64,000 bases of DNA from a virus: IMG/VR virus record IMGVR_UViG_3300025030_000050, positions 49,350-113,349 of that record. One strand, 5' to 3'. Under the pieces are notes generated by a model, which did no database searches, was not told the origin of the DNA, and was given only the letters and a program-made list of their open reading frames with translations. The translations under genes were made by a program, and so were the position numbers. Shown piece after piece: positions 1 to 7,617 of this stretch; position 1 is the first letter of the stretch; each line of letters begins with the position of its first letter.

Positions 1-4
1 AGGC

Positions 5-265
5 ATGATCAGAGTCTGTATTGGTAAAAATCCGGAGTGGTATAGTAATTTATGTTCTTCATATATTAGAAAATCAAAAAAGATAAAGAAACAAAGAACG
101 ATTATTAAAAGAAAAAATGTAATTGAATTGTTAGAACATATGATAAGAAATGGCTACAGCAAAAGTAAATATTGTGATTATTTGGTTAAAATTGCTACAG
201 ATAAGAAACAAGTTGAAGACCAGTACACATTAAATCAATTTGAACCATGGAATGATCAATTTTGA
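5..265 (+). CDS. Hypothetical protein, probably 5'-truncated by the window edge
   Basis: ORF coupled to the next gene; no motif recognised. Confidence 0.5.
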   Translation: MIRVCIGKNPEWYSNLCSSYIRKSKKIKKQRTIIKRKNVIELLEHMIRNGYSKSKYCDYLVKIATDKKQVEDQYTLNQFEPWNDQF

Positions 266-621
266 GGACAATTATAGCTGGATCAAGATCAATTGAAAGT
301 TATATAGAATTATTAAAAGCTATCTCTAAAATTGATTTTAAAATAACAGTTGTAATAAGTGGTGGAGCACATGGTGCAGACAAATTAGGCGAAAAATATG
401 CAAAAAGACACGGAATTCCATTAGAAATATATGAAGCCAATTGGGATAGATATGGTAAAGGAGCGGGGCATATCAGGAATTCTTTAATGGCTGATAAAGC
501 AGAAGCGTTGATTTGTTTATGGGATGGAAAGAGCAATGGCAGTGCTAATATGATTAAAAAAGCAAGGGTGAATAATTTAATTACTAAAGTTTTTATTAAA
601 GGAATGGAAGGGGAAAAATAA
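262..621 (+). CDS. YspA/SLOG-family (DUF2493-like) nucleotide-binding protein
   Basis: IIAGSR, VISGGAHGAD, W-x3-GKGAGHIRN, WDGKSNGS motifs. Confidence 0.85.
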   Translation: MRTIIAGSRSIESYIELLKAISKIDFKITVVISGGAHGADKLGEKYAKRHGIPLEIYEANWDRYGKGAGHIRNSLMADKAEALICLWDGKSNGSANMIKKARVNNLITKVFIKGMEGEK

Positions 622-1062
622 ATGACAGTGTGGGTCAATGTTTTGAGAGAAGACAAGAGTTTGCCAATGCCAGAATTTAATTATGAAGGAGACGCAGGTT
701 TTGACTTAAGAAGCGCAGAAGATGTTGTTATTTATCCAAATATGCCGTTACCTGCTAAGATCTCTACTGGAATGAGATTTAGTATCCCTCTAGGATATTG
801 CATGGAAGTTCATTCAAGAAGTGGATTAGCGGCTAAAAATCACTTGTTTGTAACCAATGGCCCTGGCATAATTGATAGTGTCTATACAGGCATTGTTTAC
901 GTATTATTAACTAATTTGGGCGAAGATCCTGTTCATATCAAACACGGTCAAAGGATTGCACAAGGCATTATTAAGAAATTGCCAGAAGTTATTTTTAAAG
1001 AAGTTGATACTATTAAAGAAACTAAAAGGGGTGATAAAGGATTCGGAAGTAGCGGTATTTAA
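622..1062 (+). CDS. dut: Trimeric dUTPase
   Basis: Motifs AGFDL, RSGLA, GIIDSVYTG, RIAQ, RGDKGFGSSG. Confidence 0.97.
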   Translation: MTVWVNVLREDKSLPMPEFNYEGDAGFDLRSAEDVVIYPNMPLPAKISTGMRFSIPLGYCMEVHSRSGLAAKNHLFVTNGPGIIDSVYTGIVYVLLTNLGEDPVHIKHGQRIAQGIIKKLPEVIFKEVDTIKETKRGDKGFGSSGI

Positions 1063-1088
1063 AATCTGGTATTAACAATTATCTTAGA

Positions 1089-1118
1089 AAGGCAAGGTAT
1101 GTACCTTGCCTTGTTTTG
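1089..1118 (+). terminator. Hairpin between dut and nrdJ (terminator/attenuator-like)
   Basis: AAGGCAAGGT-ATGT-ACCTTGCCTT 10-bp stem followed by GTTTTG. Confidence 0.55.
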
Positions 1119-1139
1119 TCTTAGGAGGTTTTTTATAAA

Positions 1140-3056
1140 ATGAATGATTTCCAGAAATATATCCATATTTCTAAATACGCTAGATATTTAGATAAAGAAA
1201 AAAGAAGAGAGACATGGGAAGAGACAGTCAGTCGATATGTCCAATTCTGGGAAAGAAAATATCCAGAATTAATTATGGGCGATTTTAAAACAGAGATGTT
1301 TAATGTCATTTATAATTTAGAATCAATGCCTTCTATGCGAGCATTAATGACATCAGGAAAGGCTTTAGAAAGAGACAATGCCTCTGGATACAATTGTACT
1401 GGTTGTGCTATAACAAACCCAAGGGTTTTTGACGAATTGTTTTACTTGCTTATGTGCGGCTGTGGCTGCGGATTTTCAGTCGAAAGACAATATATTGTAA
1501 AACTACCTGAAGTGCCAGAAGAATTTTTTAAAAGTGATACTATTATATCAGTAGCAGATTCAAAAATAGGATGGGCATCAGCGTTAAGAGAATTAATAAG
1601 TTTGCTTTATGCCGGTAAAATTCCTAAATGGGATTTATCTAAAATAAGGCCCGCTGGAGCAAGATTGAAAACATTTGGTGGAAGAGCAAGTGGTCCTGAT
1701 CCATTAAATTCATTATTTAATTTTGTTGTAAAAACATTTAAAAATGCTACTGGTCAAAGACTTAACAGTTTAGAATGCCACGACATTATGTGTAAAATTG
1801 CAGATACAGTTATTGTCGGTTCAGTAAGAAGGGCGGCGATGATTAGTTTCTCTAATCTATCAGATGATAGAATGAGAAGAGCAAAGAAAGGGGAATTTTG
1901 GTTAACTGCTCCTCAAAGATCATTAGCTAATAATTCTACAGCATATACAGAAAAACCAGATCTCGACGCTTTCTCAAAAGAATGGAGAAATCAATACATT
2001 TCTAAATCTGGAGAGAGGGGAATCGTAAATAAAATAGCTTTAAAGAAAAAAGCAGAATCTTGTGGAAGGGAATATGAAGGAGATTATATTTTAAATCCTT
2101 GCGCTGAAGCTATTTTAAGAGATTCAGGACAAATGTGTAACTTATCAGAAGTTGTTATAAGACCAGAGGATTCATTAGAAGAATTAAAAAGAAAAGTAAA
2201 ATGGGCGGCAATTTTAGGAACACTCCAGTCAACCTTAACCGATTTCCGTTATTTGAGAAAAATATGGAAAGATAATATAAAAGAAGAAAGATTACTTGGA
2301 ATTTCATTGACTGGCATTATGGACCATCCAGTAATGAGCGGAGAATGGGATAAATTCGATGATACTGTATGGGATCATTCAAGCTTTTGCGGTACATTTT
2401 CACTAAAAGAAGTCTTAGAAATATTAAAACAAACGGCAAGAGAAACGAATGAAATATGGGCAAATAAATTAGAAATAAACAAATCAAAACAATTGTCTTT
2501 AATAAAACCTAGCGGAACAGTTTCACAACTCGTTAATTGTTCTTCTGGAATACACCCTCGAATGTTCCCTTATTACATTAGAAGAGTCAGACAAGATAAA
2601 AAAGATCCATTGTCTAATCTCATGATTGACCAAGGTGTTCCATTTATAGAAGAACAGGATAAATATATTTTCTCTTTTTATATAAAATCACCAGAAAATG
2701 CTATAACTTCTGATAATGTAAATGCTTTAGATCAATTAGTATTATGGAAAATATATCGTAATTATTGGTGTGATGGGAATCCAAGTCAAACAATCTACTA
2801 TACAGATGACGAATATTTTGCTATAGCTGATTGGATATGGAAAAATTGGGATGAAATAGGAGGTCTTTCATTTTTTCCTAAAAATGATCATTGTTATGAA
2901 AATGCACCATACCAACAAATTACACAAAAAGAATATGAAAAGGCTATCTCAACCTTCCCAAAAATTGACTGGACTCAATTAATAAATTATGAAAAGGAAG
3001 ATTTAACAACCTCTAATCAAGAGTTCGCATGTAGTGGAGGAAGTTGCGAAATTTAG
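1140..3056 (+). CDS. nrdJ: Class II (adenosylcobalamin-dependent) ribonucleotide reductase, monomeric type
   Basis: RETWEETV, PSMRAL, YNC, GCGFSV, NPCAE active site, CNLSEV, KPSGTVSQL, C-terminal CSGGSCEI; no small subunit alongside. Confidence 0.93.
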   Translation: MNDFQKYIHISKYARYLDKEKRRETWEETVSRYVQFWERKYPELIMGDFKTEMFNVIYNLESMPSMRALMTSGKALERDNASGYNCTGCAITNPRVFDELFYLLMCGCGCGFSVERQYIVKLPEVPEEFFKSDTIISVADSKIGWASALRELISLLYAGKIPKWDLSKIRPAGARLKTFGGRASGPDPLNSLFNFVVKTFKNATGQRLNSLECHDIMCKIADTVIVGSVRRAAMISFSNLSDDRMRRAKKGEFWLTAPQRSLANNSTAYTEKPDLDAFSKEWRNQYISKSGERGIVNKIALKKKAESCGREYEGDYILNPCAEAILRDSGQMCNLSEVVIRPEDSLEELKRKVKWAAILGTLQSTLTDFRYLRKIWKDNIKEERLLGISLTGIMDHPVMSGEWDKFDDTVWDHSSFCGTFSLKEVLEILKQTARETNEIWANKLEINKSKQLSLIKPSGTVSQLVNCSSGIHPRMFPYYIRRVRQDKKDPLSNLMIDQGVPFIEEQDKYIFSFYIKSPENAITSDNVNALDQLVLWKIYRNYWCDGNPSQTIYYTDDEYFAIADWIWKNWDEIGGLSFFPKNDHCYENAPYQQITQKEYEKAISTFPKIDWTQLINYEKEDLTTSNQEFACSGGSCEI

Positions 3057-3059
3057 TCC

Positions 3060-3088
3060 TTGCATTTATTTTGAAAACGTGGTATAAA
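3060..3088 (+). promoter_or_regulatory. sigma70-type promoter
   Basis: TTGCAT-17 bp-TATAAA with TG extension, intergenic. Confidence 0.55.
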
Positions 3089-3159
3089 GATAGTTATGGA
3101 AACAAAAGTTAAAGAGTTGGTATAGAAATTAGACATCTATTAACAGCAAGAGGACAGAA

Positions 3160-3348
3160 ATGGCTGAGATTAAAATTGTTATTGATGAGAAAAAACTAAA
3201 GGAGCTTATTTCAGATCATCTTTACGATCTGTTTGGAAGCCTTACTTTTACTGAAGAAGAAATTAGTATAATGGTAAAATCTAAACAGAATTATAAAAGT
3301 GAGTGGGAGAAAGCAGATTTTAAAGCAGAAATAAATAAAAGTTTTTAA
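3160..3348 (+). CDS. Hypothetical phage protein
   Basis: ORF with GAGG RBS. Confidence 0.7.
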   Translation: MAEIKIVIDEKKLKELISDHLYDLFGSLTFTEEEISIMVKSKQNYKSEWEKADFKAEINKSF

Positions 3349-3350
3349 CC

Positions 3351-4013
3351 ATGACAAATCAAGAAATAACAATTTTAACCTCAGTTAAAACAATCTTAGA
3401 ATACTTGGATTCAAAATATGGTTTTAAACTAAACTCAGTAAGGTTTCACAAACTCATTAAATCACAAGGATTCCCCGTAACTAAAATTGGAATCAAGTAT
3501 GCGGCAAGAACTGATTTTATTGACAAGTGGATTGACGATTTATTTAACAATAAAATTATTGAAAATATTAGAAATAGATATGATTTAGTTAGAAAACCTG
3601 AAAGAAAAGGACCAAGTAAATTTATTGATAAGGTAAAATACAGATACCCTAAAAAGAGAGGTAGAAAAAAAACCTGGAAAGAAGAAATAGATACTAAAAG
3701 TTGGGAATTTTTTCTTAAGAAAATAGATTTGGTATTGCCATGGTATGATAATAAAAACCGAAACATGATTTATTCAAGTGCTAAGAAGCTGATCTTAAAT
3801 AAATGTTCAGTTACACTTATTGTGAATGTTATAGAGCAATGTATGTGGGCTTCGTATCGTGAAGCCCTTCATGCATATCAAAAAGAAGGCACACCTTTTC
3901 TTAATTTTAGAGAAAGAAAGAAATTTGGGAGCTGGAAAGAAAAAGTAAGGGGGAAATTAACAATTGGAGATAACGTCTCAATTAATAAAGAAGATAAACC
4001 AATTAAAGAATGA
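3351..4013 (+). CDS. Basic protein with possible N-terminal excisionase-like HTH
   Basis: GFPVTKIG-x2-YAAR-x3-IDKWI resembles HTH_17/Xis-type domains; Lys/Arg-rich. Confidence 0.5.
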   Translation: MTNQEITILTSVKTILEYLDSKYGFKLNSVRFHKLIKSQGFPVTKIGIKYAARTDFIDKWIDDLFNNKIIENIRNRYDLVRKPERKGPSKFIDKVKYRYPKKRGRKKTWKEEIDTKSWEFFLKKIDLVLPWYDNKNRNMIYSSAKKLILNKCSVTLIVNVIEQCMWASYREALHAYQKEGTPFLNFRERKKFGSWKEKVRGKLTIGDNVSINKEDKPIKE

Positions 4014-4242
4014 CAATTACGTTCCTTTAAAATTACAGTTTAATGAAAGTACGTATATTAAAATTTTAGAGGAATGTAATTTTATAAAGAAAGAAAACGG
4101 AGAATATATTTGGTATTCTCCTAAATTAGTAGAAACGAGTTCTAACACACCTGGGGTCAATACATTTTTTGGCCTGCCATTTGTCATTGAAGACGAAGGT
4201 TTCGATTGGGCTATAGTTTCAGAGGAGAAAAGTAATGGATGA
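3964..4242 (+). CDS. Hypothetical protein
   Basis: ORF in a coupled run of genes. Confidence 0.65.
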   Translation: MEITSQLIKKINQLKNDNYVPLKLQFNESTYIKILEECNFIKKENGEYIWYSPKLVETSSNTPGVNTFFGLPFVIEDEGFDWAIVSEEKSNG

Positions 4243-4585
4243 AATAGATAAGTTGGGTATGAAAGCAAATCTAGTTAATGAAATTTGCGGATTAAATCAC
4301 GGCCATTGGGATTGTCCAGATCCACAAGCAGTTGATTATATTGTAGCACCATTTGGATATAAAGTCGGAGACATAGAATACATGCAAACACAAGAATTTG
4401 CTATTCCTGTTTGTAAGTGCTGTGCAGAAACATTATATAGCAATGACAAGGAGTGGATTCTGTACTATTGTATAAATTGTAATAGCTCGCAATGGATAAT
4501 TAGACAATTGATGGGCATTAACAGCCAAAGACCAATGGTTGAATGGCTTGACGAATGCCCCAAATGTAAGGCTCAGACTTTATAA
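4235..4585 (+). CDS. Cys-rich putative Zn-binding protein
   Basis: CKCC, CINC and CPKC motifs; GAGGAG RBS. Confidence 0.7.
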   Translation: MDEIDKLGMKANLVNEICGLNHGHWDCPDPQAVDYIVAPFGYKVGDIEYMQTQEFAIPVCKCCAETLYSNDKEWILYYCINCNSSQWIIRQLMGINSQRPMVEWLDECPKCKAQTL

Positions 4586-4833
4586 AATCTTACATTATCA
4601 ATCTGTTTGACGAAACTTGTTTTGGTCGCCCATTTAGGTGCGCTAATGCTAATATCGTAATAACTATTAGCATTAGCGACTTCGGTTATATCTTTTCCAA
4701 ACCAAGCCTTAGCTTTTACTCTATTCAAAATAACAGCAGCAATTCCTGTCTTAACTTCTTTACTTGCGCCTCTAGCTTCTCTCCAAATCATTAAAGCTAA
4801 AAATACAGTATCGGCTATTTTTAATAATTCCAT
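4573..4833 (-). CDS. SleB/Hydrolase_2-type cell-wall hydrolase (endolysin), internally shortened
   Basis: LALMIWREARG, VILNR and SYY...PKWA...IDNVRFY motifs present; central QFS-containing segment absent. Confidence 0.75.
   Translation of the reverse strand: MELLKIADTVFLALMIWREARGASKEVKTGIAAVILNRVKAKAWFGKDITEVANANSYYDISISAPKWATKTSFVKQIDNVRFYKV
4641..4678. repeat. Perfect 14-bp inverted repeat inside the hydrolase gene
   Basis: CGCTAATGCTAATA-10 nt-TATTAGCATTAGCG. Confidence 0.9.
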
Positions 4834-4836
4834 TTC

Positions 4837-4947
4837 TCACATTTGGCAATTTATACAAACGCAACCACAATAAATACATTTTTCTTTATTGCTGCCATTC
4901 TCAATTTCAAAAACCATACCACAATTTTTGCAAATATAAATTATCAT
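4837..4947 (-). CDS. 36-aa Zn-ribbon microprotein (not in ORF track)
   Basis: MIIYICKNCG...KCIYCGCVCINCQM; GGGAG RBS; fills the gap between lysis-region genes. Confidence 0.6.
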   Translation of the reverse strand: MIIYICKNCGMVFEIENGSNKEKCIYCGCVCINCQM

Positions 4948-5225
4948 TTTCTCCCATTTTCTCTCAATATAGAATCCATCATATCTGTTTCTAAACTTTT
5001 AATTCTAGCCGCATTATTTTTTATATCTGCTTCTGCCTTAACAATCGTCAAGTTTTCCATTGATATTGAATTACTCAAAACACCAAAACCAGTTTCCATT
5101 TTGTCAACTCTTTTAATTATATATCCCTGCATACCTACCATTATCACTACTGCGATTCCAATTACCCATTGAGTCACAGTAAAGCGTGTACAGGTTTCGA
5201 CATTACAGCTTTTCACCATAGTCAT
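4944..5225 (-). CDS. Single-TM coiled-coil protein, holin-like position
   Basis: Hydrophobic WVIGIAVVIMVGM followed by coiled coil; upstream of the endolysin. Confidence 0.55.
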   Translation of the reverse strand: MTMVKSCNVETCTRFTVTQWVIGIAVVIMVGMQGYIIKRVDKMETGFGVLSNSISMENLTIVKAEADIKNNAARIKSLETDMMDSILRENGRK

Positions 5226-5446
5226 TCTCCTTATATTCTATAAGAGACAAAGCTTCATATAAATAACATCTTTCCAAAACAAGATTTATCTCTTTTTTAT
5301 TTTCAACTATAAAATCATTATCCATAATTAATTCATATATTATCTGTTTTTAAATACCCTCTGCCATAAATTGTACAATTACCACAACTGACACATCTTT
5401 TTTTGTCTTTTGTGAATTTATACATTTACAATCCTTGGTTAAATTA

Positions 5447-7447
5447 TCACCACTCAGCAGCATAAATTGGGACATAGCCAAGTAAAACTCCACTTGAGTT
5501 ATAAATAGGCCAGGCTTTAGATGTTGCTCCTGATGGTGTGTTGGCATTACTAGTGGTATTCCCTACTCCCAATCCATCACCAGCTCCAAGAGACAAAACA
5601 TTAGCCGCTGTACGACTCAGAGTTACATCTACTGCTGTCGCTCCACCAGCACCAAAAGACATAACTCCATCGCCAGTTAAATTAAATGTAGGTTGAGCAT
5701 CTAAAGTTCCACCAGTAGATTGATGAACTCGAAGAACAATATTTGCCCCACCTCGGACTACTTGGATATAATCATTGTCCACAATTCTAATATAATTATC
5801 TTCATCAGCCATCCAGCCATTGTAATTATCAAAAAATTCAAAGATTGTAGTTGTTGAGTTATTAGTAATATTAGATGCTGTAACTGGACGAAAATCATTT
5901 GACATTTGACCACTTGTTATATATGTATAATAAGCAGTCGCGGCTATTGTTCCACCTTTAAGACCTCCGTCTTTACATCTTAAAAACTCCACATTGATAC
6001 AATTAGAAAGATCAAACGCTGGGATGCCTGCTTCAGTAGCAAATGAACTACGATCAAATAGAATACCTCTAGGAATTTCCCCACCTTCATTAGAAATTTT
6101 TAAACCTACTGCTCCGGCATCAGGAGATGGGTAGCCTATGCTTTCAATATGATGACGGACAAAGCTATAACGTCCACCTGCAGCAACATGAATCCCATGT
6201 AAACTATTAGCTTCGGTCACAACATCTATAAGCGTAACACCAAACGGACCACTGTTAACATCAGCTAAAGCTTCAGTTAAATTACCATCGAAATGGATGC
6301 CTACCTTCCCACCCCAATAAGCACCACCTTTAAAATTCATAGTAGTGCCATCAGCAACGTATGCCTGGTACTCTGTGTTGTCCCAACTATTCACGTTGTC
6401 TATTGAAGTTTCAAGACATCTTATCAGATAAAGGCCTGCATTAGTAAATCCAGTAACTTTAAGCTCTTTAATGGTCATACTCTGTGCAACACCGTAAAGA
6501 GCCAGCCCATTAGTCCCTGTCCCACCTCCATCAAGATACAAATTAGTAAACTCAAGTCCCCTGGTCCAGTTAGCAGGATGCTGAACCTGAGAGTAGGTAT
6601 TAAATATCGGAACAGCCGCAGTTGATACTAATTTCCCATTTCTGAAGATCCAATCTAGTCTAGGAGTAGAACCTGCTCCTGGGTCTGGTAAAGTGAGAAC
6701 TGTCCCTATTCCATATCCCAACACACCACTTGCAGAAAAATCAAATATCCGATTAGTTGAAGTTCCAACTGAATCAATCATAGACTGAAGTTCTGTACTA
6801 ACATCTGTGCCATCACCAATACCAACCCACCATCCAGCATATAAAACAGTATCGGGATAACCAGAAAAATCAGTCACTAAATTTGCCCCAATCCAATACT
6901 GCCCAGGAGAAGCAACAACCCCACCAGTTATAACTAATGTCTCGGTTCCGCCTCCAGCAGTACCATCAAAATAACCGCCTTCAGAAAGATTTAATATCCC
7001 ATTAACTGTTAATGTAACCCCATCTGCTAAAGTAGTTATACAACCCTTAACACCTCGTAAAGTCAGTGTTGTAGGGGAAGCCAGATCAGCACTAACTGTA
7101 TTATCTACATCAAGGGCTAAAATAGTTTCTGTTGCGCCGATATCGGTTAAAGCAGCGCTTAAACTGCCTGCATAATCAGCATATAAATATTTTATCCCTT
7201 CTTCTCCAACATTATGCAAATCCCACCATAAATTTCCGGGATTAGAATCGGGAATAATAACCCATGGGGAATTTTCAACAGCTCCAACACTCTCTTTCAA
7301 CAAATATTGTCTAGCTCTACCAGCAACATATGTTAAAGCGACATCGCCTGCCGCTAAACTAGCGCCGTCAATAGCGTCTAAATTACCTGTTCCCCCAGAC
7401 CAGGCACCTCCACCAATTAACCCCGTTGTTTTATAAAAAGTAGCCAT
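5447..7447 (-). CDS. Tailspike / receptor-binding protein with right-handed beta-helix
   Basis: Last large tail gene; GDGTDVSTELQSMID pectate-lyase-3-like entry motif; G/N-rich beta-helix repeats; C-terminal GYVPIY. Confidence 0.8.
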   Translation of the reverse strand: MATFYKTTGLIGGGAWSGGTGNLDAIDGASLAAGDVALTYVAGRARQYLLKESVGAVENSPWVIIPDSNPGNLWWDLHNVGEEGIKYLYADYAGSLSAALTDIGATETILALDVDNTVSADLASPTTLTLRGVKGCITTLADGVTLTVNGILNLSEGGYFDGTAGGGTETLVITGGVVASPGQYWIGANLVTDFSGYPDTVLYAGWWVGIGDGTDVSTELQSMIDSVGTSTNRIFDFSASGVLGYGIGTVLTLPDPGAGSTPRLDWIFRNGKLVSTAAVPIFNTYSQVQHPANWTRGLEFTNLYLDGGGTGTNGLALYGVAQSMTIKELKVTGFTNAGLYLIRCLETSIDNVNSWDNTEYQAYVADGTTMNFKGGAYWGGKVGIHFDGNLTEALADVNSGPFGVTLIDVVTEANSLHGIHVAAGGRYSFVRHHIESIGYPSPDAGAVGLKISNEGGEIPRGILFDRSSFATEAGIPAFDLSNCINVEFLRCKDGGLKGGTIAATAYYTYITSGQMSNDFRPVTASNITNNSTTTIFEFFDNYNGWMADEDNYIRIVDNDYIQVVRGGANIVLRVHQSTGGTLDAQPTFNLTGDGVMSFGAGGATAVDVTLSRTAANVLSLGAGDGLGVGNTTSNANTPSGATSKAWPIYNSSGVLLGYVPIYAAEW

Positions 7448-7605
7448 TAATTACCCCCTAAGTCATTTTGAACGTTAGTTATGACCTTATTTTTCATTTC
7501 ATTAATTTGTGTTTTTAAAACCTGAATTTCTTCATTGGCAAGTCTTAAATTTATTGTCAATTCCCCTACGATTTGAAGAATTTTATTTAATTTATCTTGG
7601 TCCAT
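7447..7605 (-). CDS. 52-aa coiled-coil protein, possible fibre assembly factor (not in ORF track)
   Basis: MDQDKLNKILQIVGELTINLRLANEEIQVLK...; GGGGAG RBS; TAATG overlap with the tailspike gene. Confidence 0.7.
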   Translation of the reverse strand: MDQDKLNKILQIVGELTINLRLANEEIQVLKTQINEMKNKVITNVQNDLGGN

Positions 7606-7617
7606 ATCTTCTCCCCA

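Noticed and set aside
1140-3056. Intein or intron in nrdJ (also checked terL)
   Set aside because: Motifs are continuous, lengths normal, no splicing signatures
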